From the IMG/VR virus record IMGVR_UViG_3300011904_000029, positions 70,312 to 134,311 of that record: 64,000 nucleotides of DNA. The stretch is one strand, 5' to 3'. The first letter of the stretch is position 1, and every line of letters starts with the position of its first letter. The notes under the pieces are model-generated. The model did no database searches. It saw only the letters and a list, made by a program, of their open reading frames with translations, and was not told the origin of the DNA. Shown here piece after piece: positions 18,336 through 28,715 of this stretch. The DNA comes from a virus. Lineage: Duplodnaviria > Heunggongvirae > Uroviricota > Caudoviricetes. Made by a program: the position numbers and the translations under genes.

Positions 18336-20003
18336 TTGGAGTTTAGCAGCATTGATCATTTAGATGTTTATGTATATAGAGAAAAGAAATATAAAAACGG
18401 AAATACTAAGATGAAATGGTGTTTACTAAGTAAAGAATTGGATAATGATTTGAGGCCAGGTGAAGTTGGCAGAGTTAAAGGATCGGAGAAAAATAAAATC
18501 AAGAAATTAGAAAATGGTAAATATCAATTCATTAGATTTGATGAAATTCAGACACATATAGTTGATTTTAAATGTAATTATAATATAGATATTATCAAAT
18601 ATGAAATAAATAATAAGTTAGATTATAATTTAAAATATGCTGATGATCGAGTGAAGCTTGTAAAAGCATTGTTAGAAGATAATGATTGGATTTATGATTT
18701 AATTTCAACACATAAGATTATTAGAAAGGAGCAAAAAAAGAAAAAAGATTTTTTAGCAGAGGATCAAGCTTTGGATAGAGCTATTGACTATATTTCAGAT
18801 TACATAAACCATGTAAAATTTAAAAATGAAAAAGATGAGCAGATATACAATGAACTGAGGAAAGAACAAACACTAAAAGAAAAGAAAGATAAAAGGAAAA
18901 AGACTTCGAATGACTTTGAAGAGTTGAATAGAGTTATAAACACTATTCAATCTTATCATCACAAGTCCACTAAGAAAAAGCTTGAAAACCGTGGTGATAC
19001 TGAAACAGTTGGGAATTTAGAGGAAAGAGAAACACACGGGGATTTTATATACCAGGAAGAAATTAGTCAAAGGGTAAAAAGCTCAAAATTTACCTATCAT
19101 ATAGAGGAAATCCCACAAAGTTATTGGGACAAAATGTTTTCTAACCATGAAAATAGTATTCCTTTTTACGACACCTTACAGATAAAGAAATCTGAGTCTC
19201 ATAATTCATTCCGTCCTAAAGTATTAGAGGCAATTAAAAAAGATGTTGATCGGCTATATAACTATTTGGGGTTAGATATTAAGGATATGAACGAAAGACA
19301 GAAGTTTACTGATAAACTAAAGCAAAAAATTGGTGAAAGAGACTATAGGATATTAAGAAGGACATATACTGATCTCAAAGGTGACTATGAACTAAGCAAG
19401 AAACTTCTGGTTAATGAGGTAAATTTAAATACATCTAAACACTCAACTGTCTATTCCATTGATTCAGATACTTGGTATGAAAATGAGGCCGGAGAAATAA
19501 TTGAATTAAGTAGAAACATGGTTTCTATGGGAGATAAAAATACATATATTGGACTTATTTTAAATTATAAGGACTTAAAGGATAAGTATATAGATAAACA
19601 AAATTCTGATTGGTGGGCATTGATTAAAGACTTTGAGGAATTGATTAAGGAAGTAAATTTTTCTGAAGAAGAAAGATTTGTGTTGGATGTAATATTTGAT
19701 GGATACTCACAAAAACAATTAAGAGATTTGTATAAAAGTTTCAATTTAAATTCTCTAAGTAAAAATAAAATAAGCAGATTAATTAATGAACAAATTCCTA
19801 GTAAGCTTCTAGATACATATCTTTCTAAAATAGATGATTGGTTATATACAGAAAAAATTCAAGGAAAGTATAAGAAATGTAGCAAATGCGAGGAAATAAA
19901 ACTAATTAGCAATGAAAGATATTTTGGGAAGGATGCCAGGAATAAAGATGGATTTCAGTCCTTTTGTAAAGAATGCGATAGTTACAGGAAAAAACGGGAA
20001 TAA
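18336..20003 (+). CDS. 555-aa protein with a C-terminal sigma-region-4-like HTH and C4 zinc finger; putative late transcription regulator
   Basis: FSEEERFVLDVIFDGYSQKQL segment; CSKC...FCKEC; position immediately before the HU-structural module. Confidence 0.55.
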   Translation: MEFSSIDHLDVYVYREKKYKNGNTKMKWCLLSKELDNDLRPGEVGRVKGSEKNKIKKLENGKYQFIRFDEIQTHIVDFKCNYNIDIIKYEINNKLDYNLKYADDRVKLVKALLEDNDWIYDLISTHKIIRKEQKKKKDFLAEDQALDRAIDYISDYINHVKFKNEKDEQIYNELRKEQTLKEKKDKRKKTSNDFEELNRVINTIQSYHHKSTKKKLENRGDTETVGNLEERETHGDFIYQEEISQRVKSSKFTYHIEEIPQSYWDKMFSNHENSIPFYDTLQIKKSESHNSFRPKVLEAIKKDVDRLYNYLGLDIKDMNERQKFTDKLKQKIGERDYRILRRTYTDLKGDYELSKKLLVNEVNLNTSKHSTVYSIDSDTWYENEAGEIIELSRNMVSMGDKNTYIGLILNYKDLKDKYIDKQNSDWWALIKDFEELIKEVNFSEEERFVLDVIFDGYSQKQLRDLYKSFNLNSLSKNKISRLINEQIPSKLLDTYLSKIDDWLYTEKIQGKYKKCSKCEEIKLISNERYFGKDARNKDGFQSFCKECDSYRKKRE

Positions 20004-20110
20004 AACTCCATAAAAGAGCTATATAGTGAGGAATATTAAATAAATTAATATAAAATAGATGTTTTATTCCCCTGTTTTATATTATTAAAGCTCTAAAGGA
20101 GGTGAGGACG

Positions 20111-20416
20111 ATGAAGATGAATCATGAAGAGAGAAGAGAATTATTGGAGTTACTTAGAGTGTTGAAGGATATACATGGGAATGACTTTAAGTTACATAAT
20201 GAAATTAAGGCAGTTGTTAATTTGTTGCTTGAACAACATGATGTGAAAATGAATCAAGAAAGTAACAATTTATATATTAGACCAAAAACTTCCGAGCAAG
20301 TTAGAATAACTATTCCAAAAGACGAAAAAGGATCTGGAACATGGATTCAAAACGGAGAAAGTGGCTTAGAAGCAAAGTACAAGCCTGTGCGAACTAAAGG
20401 CTATTTTGATAAATAA
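20111..20416 (+). CDS. hypothetical protein
   Basis: AAGGAGG RBS before the ATG at 20111. Confidence 0.7.
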   Translation: MKMNHEERRELLELLRVLKDIHGNDFKLHNEIKAVVNLLLEQHDVKMNQESNNLYIRPKTSEQVRITIPKDEKGSGTWIQNGESGLEAKYKPVRTKGYFDK

Positions 20417-20448
20417 CTTTGTAAAGAAAAAAGAGGAGGAATTTTATT

Positions 20449-20745
20449 ATGTTGAAGAAAGAAGATCTAGCAAAAAGACTCCAAGAGACTCGCTTAGAAA
20501 AAGGACAAAAAATTAATCGTGACGATGCATCTGAACTAATTGATGATGTTCTTGATAGTATTGTTGCATTGACTAAGGAAAGTGGAAAATTGCAATTATA
20601 TCGCTTCGGAAACTTTGAAGTTAAAGAACGTGCTGCGAGAAAAGGAAGAAACCCTCAAACGAACGAACCAATGGTTATTACGGCACAAAATGCTTTTACA
20701 TTTTCCCCTGCAAAAGCTGTAAAAGATGCAATAAACAATAAATAA
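20449..20745 (+). CDS. HU-family DNA-binding protein (SPbeta YonN-like)
   Basis: LYRFGNFEVKERAARKGRNPQT signature. Confidence 0.95.
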   Translation: MLKKEDLAKRLQETRLEKGQKINRDDASELIDDVLDSIVALTKESGKLQLYRFGNFEVKERAARKGRNPQTNEPMVITAQNAFTFSPAKAVKDAINNK

Positions 20746-20824
20746 ATTATTATATTGTATTTATTGAAGCATCATTCGGGTAGAGTTAATTCTTTACCCG
20801 AAAATACACCAAAGGGGTAAATTT

Positions 20825-22051
20825 ATGGACAAACTCTACTTGGCCGATACAAATATCTTACTTGATCATATTGAAGAAGTTGTTCATGGTAAAAAAATTG
20901 TACTTATGTCTGCAACCAGAAGAGAGCTTGATAAGCATAAGATTTCACCAAATGAAGAATTAAGTTATAGAGCTAGGAAGGCTAATCGGTTTATCTTCGA
21001 AAATATTGTTCTTTTCCATCATGATACTGGCGATTATGATGCGGAATCAATATTAGGAAATGATTACTCTAATGACTTTATGGATAATCGTATCCTTGCT
21101 TGTGCAGTTGAAAATAAATATGGGTTAATCACTAACGATTTAAACCTTTATACGAATGCAAAAGCATTTGGAGTTGAAGTACATACTTTTGATGAGTCTG
21201 ATGATAAAGAGATTGATTATACAGGATATAAAGAAGTATTTATGCTACAGGATGAATACCAAGACTTCTACACAAACAGATTAGATGTAAATGAGTTTGA
21301 CTTAAATGTTAATGAATACTTAATTATTAGAGACGATTTTACTGGTGAAGTATTGGACGCTTTAAAATATGACGGTCAGTATTATCTTACTGTAAAAGCT
21401 AAGTCGATCAATTCTCATAAACTTGGTAAATTTACAGCGAAAGATGTATATCAATCCATAGCTATTGACTCACTAAACTCTAATAAATTTACTTTATTGC
21501 ACGGAAAGGCTGGCAGTGCAAAAACACTACTAGCTCTGTCTTCTGCAATGAGCCTTATTGAAAAAGGTAAGTACAGTAAGTTAATTGTATTTGCAAACTC
21601 CCTTCCAACAAAGAATGCTGCTCAACTAGGACTTTACAAAGGAAGTCTCAGAGAAAAGCTAATGCAGGTATCCATTGGACATATTCTCGCTTCAAAATTT
21701 GGAGATTACAACGAGGTTGAGGCAATGATGACTACTGGTGAACTATTAATTCTTCCAATGAGCGATATTCGTGGTTTTGATACAACTGGAATGAATGCCT
21801 GTGTAATCATTAGTGAGGCTCAAAATATGGACAAGAATCTAATGAGATTAGCTGTTGAACGTGTTGGCAGTGACAGCAAATTGATTGTTGAAGGCGACTT
21901 TAAGCAACAATTAGATCATCATGCTTTTGAAGGACTTAATAACGGCATGAGGCGATTGAGTGAAGTGTTTCGTGGTGAAAAATATTACGGAGAAGTAATG
22001 TTGAAGGGAATTTATAGATCAGACATAGCTAAGAAAGCTCAGGAAATGTAA
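20825..22051 (+). CDS. phoH: PhoH-family protein with an N-terminal PIN domain
   Basis: LADTNILL PIN motif; GKAGSAKT, RG, SEAQN and GDFKQ.D PhoH motifs. Confidence 0.85.
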   Translation: MDKLYLADTNILLDHIEEVVHGKKIVLMSATRRELDKHKISPNEELSYRARKANRFIFENIVLFHHDTGDYDAESILGNDYSNDFMDNRILACAVENKYGLITNDLNLYTNAKAFGVEVHTFDESDDKEIDYTGYKEVFMLQDEYQDFYTNRLDVNEFDLNVNEYLIIRDDFTGEVLDALKYDGQYYLTVKAKSINSHKLGKFTAKDVYQSIAIDSLNSNKFTLLHGKAGSAKTLLALSSAMSLIEKGKYSKLIVFANSLPTKNAAQLGLYKGSLREKLMQVSIGHILASKFGDYNEVEAMMTTGELLILPMSDIRGFDTTGMNACVIISEAQNMDKNLMRLAVERVGSDSKLIVEGDFKQQLDHHAFEGLNNGMRRLSEVFRGEKYYGEVMLKGIYRSDIAKKAQEM

Positions 22052-22088
22052 ATAAAATTTTAAGGATGCTCAAGGAGGAGAATTATCA

Positions 22089-22301
22089 ATGGCTTCAATC
22101 AATATTAAGACTGTATCAGATTTTAAGGGTAAGGGTTATTACAATATGCAGACTCAAACATTTATCAATGAGAAAACAGGTGAAGAGGTCAATTTACCTG
22201 ATGTATTAGCTGCATTTGCTAAAACCGGAGACGTTATTTCCATTGCAATCAAACATGAAGAATCGACAGAGCAAACTTTAGATGAGTTTAGCGAGGAATA
22301 A
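22089..22301 (+). CDS. small YonK-like protein
   Basis: 70 aa; position before the YonJ-like gene. Confidence 0.6.
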   Translation: MASINIKTVSDFKGKGYYNMQTQTFINEKTGEEVNLPDVLAAFAKTGDVISIAIKHEESTEQTLDEFSEE

Positions 22302-22315
22302 TAAGAGGTGATTGA

Positions 22316-23524
22316 GTGACGGATGAAATTTTAAAAAGACGTGAAGATGAAAGTTTTACAGATTACCATCTACGCTTATTTGAAAACATGCATGAGTACA
22401 AGATTGATAAACTTCAAATAGCTAATTTACTAAATGAAGAATCTGGCAAATCTTATGATGAAAGTAAGTGGAGAAAAGATTACTCTCAATACCTACGCTG
22501 GAAAGATTATCTTATTGATAAGAATTTAGATAAAGAAATTGTTGAGAAATACAATGAATTAAAAGTTGAGTCAGAGAAAAAGAAAATCCAATACCAGGAT
22601 CAAAAACGGGAGTATAGGAAGTATTTGAGACTCGATGCAAGGCTTGAGCATATTATTGATACAGTTACATCAGAGGTTCGTCAACTAAATCAAGATAAGC
22701 CTTTAAAGTGGTACAAAAAGTCAGTTGAGTCTAATGCAGATATAGATGGCGTTTTACTCGTATCCGATTGGCACAGAGGACTTTTTACCCTTAACTACTG
22801 GAACAGCTTCAATAACGAAGAATTTGATCGCAGGGTTAACATTTTAACAAATAAAGTTATAGAGCATGGTAAGTTTCACGGAATCAACACTTTACATTTA
22901 TTTCAAATTGGCGATTTAATTCATGGGACTATTCACAGAATCACAAGGATTATGGATACTGAAGATGCTATCCGTTCAACGATGAAAGTTGCAGAAACTT
23001 TGTCTGAGATGGTTTCAATATTTGCGAATGAATTTGATCAGGTAAAAGTTTATAGTGCAAGAGGAAATCATGAAAGAGTTTCTTCAAATAAGTCGGAAGA
23101 AGTTTCAACTGAAAGCTTTAATGACATTATTCCTTGGTTTATGACTGAAAGATTAAATAAATTTGACAATGTTGAACTTGTAGAGAATAAGGTGGACAGT
23201 GAAATTATCGTAGCTGAAATATTAGGCAATACAATATTCGCTGTACATGGGCATCGTGATCGCTTGAATAGTATTGTTTCAGACCTAACTATGATGATTA
23301 AGCGATTCCCTGACTATATTTTTTCAGGTCATATACATAAGAATTATGAAAATGAGTCCCATGAGGTTGAGCATGTCGTAAACAGTTCGTTATCTGGTGT
23401 AGATGATTATGCCAAAGATATACGTAAAACAAGTAAAGCTGCTCAAAAGTTTATGATATTTACCCAAGCGGGTCGGCTGTGTACATACAATATACAGTTA
23501 GGAAATGATACATATGTTCAGTAA
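22316..23524 (+). CDS. calcineurin-like metallophosphoesterase/nuclease (SPbeta YonJ-like)
   Basis: SDWH, GDLIHG, RGNHE, HGH and GHIH motifs. Confidence 0.85.
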   Translation: MTDEILKRREDESFTDYHLRLFENMHEYKIDKLQIANLLNEESGKSYDESKWRKDYSQYLRWKDYLIDKNLDKEIVEKYNELKVESEKKKIQYQDQKREYRKYLRLDARLEHIIDTVTSEVRQLNQDKPLKWYKKSVESNADIDGVLLVSDWHRGLFTLNYWNSFNNEEFDRRVNILTNKVIEHGKFHGINTLHLFQIGDLIHGTIHRITRIMDTEDAIRSTMKVAETLSEMVSIFANEFDQVKVYSARGNHERVSSNKSEEVSTESFNDIIPWFMTERLNKFDNVELVENKVDSEIIVAEILGNTIFAVHGHRDRLNSIVSDLTMMIKRFPDYIFSGHIHKNYENESHEVEHVVNSSLSGVDDYAKDIRKTSKAAQKFMIFTQAGRLCTYNIQLGNDTYVQ

Positions 23525-23693
23525 GTTAAATAAATACATACAAAACAAATGTTTACATTTATATATTTGGTATCAGGTTAACTTTGTTTTTAAATTAGAA
23601 GAGTTAAATAAATACTTGAGAAAAAAGGTAAGATAGTGAACGCTGCTATCCGATGCCTCTGAGTTATAAATACAATAATTTGGAGGTTTAAAT

Positions 23694-24272
23694 ATGGAAT
23701 TTTTACTAGAAGAAGAAAAGAATAGTCTACTAGAAAGAGTAGAGCGAGAATTATTTAAGGATAGAATCATTTATTTGAATGAAGATATTAGTGCATATAC
23801 AATTTCCAACATCGTCCCACTGATTCATAAGATTAACAAGGATGATGAAGGAGTTGAAATTAAAGATCGTAAACCAATTCACTTGCATGTAACGTCTTAC
23901 GGAGGATCGGCTTACGATGGCTGGCAAATCGTGAGCACAATCGAGAATTCAAAAACACCTGTCTACACATATGTAGAAGGATATGCTATGAGCATGGGGC
24001 TACCTATTTTCTTATCAGGCCATAAACGTCACTTAGGAAAATACGCAAGCCTTCTCTATCATGAATTGCGTGGAGGAGCACATGGTACTCGCCAGGAAGT
24101 CAAGCGACTAGATAAGGAGTATGACCGACTACAGAAGTTATATGATGATTATATTATTTCTAAGTCAACTGTAACTCAAGAAATCTTAGACGATCATCAG
24201 GACAGAGTTTCAGATTGGTACATTGGTGTAGATGAAGCTGCTAAATACAAAATGTACGATGTAATGATTTAA
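23694..24272 (+). CDS. ClpP-like protease (SPbeta YonH-like)
   Basis: RIIYL, PIHLHVTSYGGS, AMSMG (Ser) and LYHE (His) motifs. Confidence 0.85.
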   Translation: MEFLLEEEKNSLLERVERELFKDRIIYLNEDISAYTISNIVPLIHKINKDDEGVEIKDRKPIHLHVTSYGGSAYDGWQIVSTIENSKTPVYTYVEGYAMSMGLPIFLSGHKRHLGKYASLLYHELRGGAHGTRQEVKRLDKEYDRLQKLYDDYIISKSTVTQEILDDHQDRVSDWYIGVDEAAKYKMYDVMI

Positions 24273-24546
24273 TTGTAAAGTTGGCGTTTCGCTGCCAGAA
24301 ATGCGAACTATAAAAGTTGGTGTTTCACCACCATTAAGCATGACCGATAAAATACAGGTTTTATGAGAATCCTTAAACTCTCTGTCACTTAAAAAGAACA
24401 GTTCAATGTTCGGTAGTGTTAGAGGCTATAAGGATTCTTTAATTTTGTTTGGGAAGTTATGACTGGCATTTGCTGACAACCGAGTTTTTCTCCTCTCCTT
24501 TTTCTTAGTTGTCTCAAGTGTCAGTCATAACTTCTCTTTAAGGAGG
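24273..24546 (+). ncRNA. structured intergenic leader before the packaging/morphogenesis genes
   Basis: Two 36-nt-period hairpin repeats; 10-bp stem 24366-75/24429-38; 16-bp stem 24453-68/24519-34 abutting the RBS. Confidence 0.5.
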
Positions 24547-24555
24547 GGTGGCTAT

Positions 24556-25374
24556 TTGAGTAAGAAAACAAGAAATACAAGACCTCGTAAAGATTGTTTG
24601 AAATGTGAGAAATCGTACACTATTGGAAACTACTATACTGCTGATAAAAAATTATTTCCAGATGGTAAGCTCCACATTTGTAAAAAATGTTGCGCAGATA
24701 TTATGGATGAAAGTCATGAAGGCTTCTTGTCAATATTAAGACTAATTAACAAGCCTTTTCTCCCTAGTATTTTTAAAGGTGATACAGGTGATTATATTAG
24801 ACAAGTCAATAGTCTACATCAATATGACGGGATGACTTATTCTGATAGTAATTTCGGAGAAATAAATGAAGAAGATGTTTTAGATGACTTAGATATTGAT
24901 AATGAAGTGAAAATGAGATGGGTTGGTTATGAGGATTTAAAGGATATTAATTTTTTAGAGGAATTCTATAAAGAATTAATATCTACTTATGAATCTAAAA
25001 CACCAATGCAAAGAAATATCTATAAAAATATGGCAGAAACTCAACTATTAGCAAATAAATCTCGTGCTCAAGGAAAGATTAAGGAGTATCAAGACTTATT
25101 AAAGACGATGAGCACACTTATGACTGATGCAAAAATAAAACCTTTACAAGATAGTGGAGAACAAGATGGTGGCCTCAGCACATGGGGGCAATGGATCAAG
25201 AAAATAGAGGAAACTGAACCAATACCGGAGCCACTTGAAGAGTTTAGAGATGTCGATGGTATTAATAAATATATATCCAAATGGTTTACCAAGCATTTGA
25301 AAAAGGTTTTTGGTGTTGAAGATAACAACGCTATTGATATGGACGAAATTATAAAAAACAACGGTGACTCTTAG
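24556..25374 (+). CDS. YonG-like zinc-finger protein, probable small terminase subunit
   Basis: CLKC...CKKC; stop overlaps the start of the large terminase. Confidence 0.65.
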   Translation: MSKKTRNTRPRKDCLKCEKSYTIGNYYTADKKLFPDGKLHICKKCCADIMDESHEGFLSILRLINKPFLPSIFKGDTGDYIRQVNSLHQYDGMTYSDSNFGEINEEDVLDDLDIDNEVKMRWVGYEDLKDINFLEEFYKELISTYESKTPMQRNIYKNMAETQLLANKSRAQGKIKEYQDLLKTMSTLMTDAKIKPLQDSGEQDGGLSTWGQWIKKIEETEPIPEPLEEFRDVDGINKYISKWFTKHLKKVFGVEDNNAIDMDEIIKNNGDS

Positions 25375-27161
25375 TGGCTGGTTATGAAAATTTTCAGGTA
25401 AACCGTAATAAATTTACAAAAGGAATTAAGGATATATATATAAAGGAAAAAAATTATAATAACGCAAATGAAATATTAAGTAAAAATGAGAGATTGCGAA
25501 ATGGATTTAAAAAGTGGACTTCATTTTATAGAGCTAATCCTCATCGTTTTGCTGAAGAATATTTGGGGTTAAAGTTAAAATTATTTCAAAAGATATTATT
25601 ATTTATGATGTTTCATGTTTCTTCTTTAATGTATTTTGCAGCCAGAGGACAAGGGAAATCTTGGATTATAGCTGTTTTTTGTATTGTTAGAGCTATTTTA
25701 TATCCTTCAACATTAATAGTTATTGCTTCTGGAACAAAAGGACAGGCCAAACTAATAATAACTCAAAAAATAGAAAAAGAATTGATGAAATTTCCCAACA
25801 TAGCTAGGGAAATTAAAGAAGTGAGAAGTAGCAATAATCAGGTAGTGGTTGTATTTCAAAATGGTAGCACAATAGAGGCTGTTACTAGTAATGATAATGC
25901 TCGTGGATACAGAGCACAAATTTTAATATTAGATGAATTTAGAATGATTAAGGAAGATATATATGATAGAGTTCTAAAACAGTTCTTAAACGTACAACGT
26001 CAACCTCCATATTTGGACAATCCAAAATATGAACATTTGTTAGAAGAAAACAAGGAGATTTTTATTAGTTCTGCGTGGTTTAAAAATCACTGGTGTTATG
26101 AAAAATTTTCTGCTTTTAAGAATGCGATGTTGGACGGAAAAGATTATTTTACCTGCGCTCTTCCTTATCAATTATCTGTTCATCATGGTCTGTTAAGTTC
26201 TAGAAGAGTAGAAAATATGAAGACTGAAGATAACTTCGATCCTATTTCATGGCAAATGGAAATGGAATGTATTTTCTTTGGAGAGTCTGAAAAGGCATTT
26301 TTTAAATTTGCTGAGCTGCAAAAGAATAGAGAAATAATAAAGCCATTTTTCCCTACTTCCAACTTGGACTATATAGAAAATAAAACAAAAAGAAGGAAAT
26401 CCACCAAAATGGAAGGCGAAATACGTCTTATAGGTGTAGACGTTGCAATGATGGGTGGTAATGAAAATGACAATACGATATTTACGTTAATGAGACTTCT
26501 TCCGAATGGAGAGTCTTATTTAAGGCATGTGCCGTATATTGAGAAGTTATCTGGACAACATTCTGAAGCGCAAGCAATAAGACTAAAGCAGCTATTTGAT
26601 GACTTTGAAGCTGACTATGTTGCTATGGATACAAGTGGTAACGGTCTTTCATTATATGATGATTGTGCAAGAATACTTTATGATGAAGATCGTGATATTG
26701 AATATCCGGCTTGGTGTGCTTTAAATAATGACGAAATGAAAAAAAGAGCTTTAGATTCAAATGCGCTACCAATAGTTTACTCAATAAAAGTAGTAAAGCA
26801 GGAAGTAAATCATAATATGGCAATGAACTTAAGAAGTGATTTTGAAAAAGGAAAAATAAAACTTTTAATAAATGAATTAGACGGAAGAGATTATCTATTA
26901 GAAAAACATAATTTAGATGCCAAATCTTCAGAAGAACAAGCATTGTTACTGCAACCTTATCTTCAAACAACTATTCTCATAAATGAAATGGTCAATCTTG
27001 AATATGAGATGAGGAATGGTTTTGTAAAATTACAAGAAGTTGGATCGAATCGAAAAGATAGATATTCTAGTTTGAGCTATTGTAATTACTATGCTAGAGA
27101 GCTTGAATCAGAATTAAAAAAGAAAAATGACGATTATGATTTTGGATTTTTCTTTAATTAA
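25374..27161 (+). CDS. terminase large subunit (SPbeta YonF-like)
   Basis: ARGQGKS Walker A, ILDEF Walker B, GVDVA nuclease motif, RKDRYSS. Confidence 0.9.
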   Translation: MAGYENFQVNRNKFTKGIKDIYIKEKNYNNANEILSKNERLRNGFKKWTSFYRANPHRFAEEYLGLKLKLFQKILLFMMFHVSSLMYFAARGQGKSWIIAVFCIVRAILYPSTLIVIASGTKGQAKLIITQKIEKELMKFPNIAREIKEVRSSNNQVVVVFQNGSTIEAVTSNDNARGYRAQILILDEFRMIKEDIYDRVLKQFLNVQRQPPYLDNPKYEHLLEENKEIFISSAWFKNHWCYEKFSAFKNAMLDGKDYFTCALPYQLSVHHGLLSSRRVENMKTEDNFDPISWQMEMECIFFGESEKAFFKFAELQKNREIIKPFFPTSNLDYIENKTKRRKSTKMEGEIRLIGVDVAMMGGNENDNTIFTLMRLLPNGESYLRHVPYIEKLSGQHSEAQAIRLKQLFDDFEADYVAMDTSGNGLSLYDDCARILYDEDRDIEYPAWCALNNDEMKKRALDSNALPIVYSIKVVKQEVNHNMAMNLRSDFEKGKIKLLINELDGRDYLLEKHNLDAKSSEEQALLLQPYLQTTILINEMVNLEYEMRNGFVKLQEVGSNRKDRYSSLSYCNYYARELESELKKKNDDYDFGFFFN

Positions 27162-27176
27162 AAAGGAGGTGGACTT

Positions 27177-28700
27177 GTGACAGAAAAGGAAGTCTCATAT
27201 GAATTCAATACTAACTTGTCATCTATAGAATCTCTAATAATGGGAAGCTATTATAATGTAATAAATTATGAACAAGTGAAAAAATGGTTAAAAGACCATA
27301 TAGCATACAACAAACAATTAAGAAGAACGTCTAACCTCTTATATAGTGAAAATGGAATATATACAAATGTAGTGGATTACTTGGTTTCATTACCAACACT
27401 TGATAGAGTTGTTTATAGTTTAAATAGGAATCACAGTCGTTTTAAGAAAAACAAAGATTTATACCTTTTAGCTTTAAGAAAAATGAAGGACAAGTTAATT
27501 GCTAGAGATATTCTGCACAAATTAGCAATTAATGGTACTTCATTTTATTATTTTGAGACGACAGAAACTGAGCAATATCCAAAATATATGAACGATACAG
27601 AAATAGATAGTATTAGTGAAATAAATACAGAATTTAATTGCTCTGCCATCCCCCTCCCAATAGATTACTGTCGGATTGTTGGAAGAAAAAATTCATCTTA
27701 TGTTGTGGCATTTGATATGTCCTACTTTGATCAATTTCGTAGCAACGGATTGTCTTTAAAATTAAAAAGGTTCCCAAGGGAAATACGTGATCATTATAGA
27801 GCCTATAAGAAAGACTTAAATAAAAAATGGGCAATCCTAGACAACAATAAGACTATTTGTAACAAAATTAAAGCTGGTATTGAAGAAAAATGGGGTAGAC
27901 CAATTGGACTATCGGCATTTATAGACATGATGTATGATGAGTATTTTGTTGACACAAAAAGGAATATATTAGATGAAATAAATTCTACTATTGTTTATCA
28001 AACATTTCCAGAAGGAGAATCAAAAGGAACTTCTTCCTTGACTCAAAAGCAACAAAAGCAACAGCATGATAACATTAGAAATGCTTTGTTTTCAAGAGGT
28101 TCGAGAAAGGGTTTAAACTTTTTCTCTGTTGCAGCAGGAACAAAATTAGATAAGATTCAAACAAATGTTGATTTCCTAAAAGTAAAAGGTGAAGATGAGT
28201 TAATTAAACGTATAACAACAAATCTTGGCTTTGCAAGTTCAGCGTTAAATGGACAAGATGGAAATCACAGTTCTCAACAGACAAATTTAGAAATGATTTC
28301 TGCTGAGATATTTTCTTGGTTAGAACAAATTCAGGAAGAATTTAATAAAGTTATAAATGCTAATTTGATTAAAGATCCAAAAGTTTATGTGGAGCTTTAT
28401 TATTTGCCGATTACACATGTAAATAGAAAAACTATGGTTGCTAATATGAAAGATTTGTATACACAAGGTAAAGGCAGCTTAAGTGCTTGGATTGCTTCAA
28501 CTGGATGGAATCCTGATGCTTATTTAGCGTTAATGGATTATGAAATTGAGGAAGGGTTTGATGATAAATACATACCTCATGCCACTTCATTTACTATGTC
28601 AGGAAAGACTCCTGGAAGGCCGGAGGATGATACATCAGAGAATGAAAATACAATAAAATCTAAAACATATGGATCTAATAATAACCCAAATAAGATTTGA
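27177..28700 (+). CDS. portal protein (SPbeta YonE-like)
   Basis: 507 aa, directly after the terminase; gene order. Confidence 0.75.
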   Translation: MTEKEVSYEFNTNLSSIESLIMGSYYNVINYEQVKKWLKDHIAYNKQLRRTSNLLYSENGIYTNVVDYLVSLPTLDRVVYSLNRNHSRFKKNKDLYLLALRKMKDKLIARDILHKLAINGTSFYYFETTETEQYPKYMNDTEIDSISEINTEFNCSAIPLPIDYCRIVGRKNSSYVVAFDMSYFDQFRSNGLSLKLKRFPREIRDHYRAYKKDLNKKWAILDNNKTICNKIKAGIEEKWGRPIGLSAFIDMMYDEYFVDTKRNILDEINSTIVYQTFPEGESKGTSSLTQKQQKQQHDNIRNALFSRGSRKGLNFFSVAAGTKLDKIQTNVDFLKVKGEDELIKRITTNLGFASSALNGQDGNHSSQQTNLEMISAEIFSWLEQIQEEFNKVINANLIKDPKVYVELYYLPITHVNRKTMVANMKDLYTQGKGSLSAWIASTGWNPDAYLALMDYEIEEGFDDKYIPHATSFTMSGKTPGRPEDDTSENENTIKSKTYGSNNNPNKI

Positions 28701-28715
28701 AGGAGGTGATAATAT

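Noticed and set aside
23600-23690. Small hairpin (gatag/ctatc) region as a tRNA or riboswitch
   Set aside because: No cloverleaf, T-loop or known aptamer motif
24277-24333. CRISPR array or ToxI-type repeat array
   Set aside because: Only two imperfect copies, with no cas or toxN gene nearby
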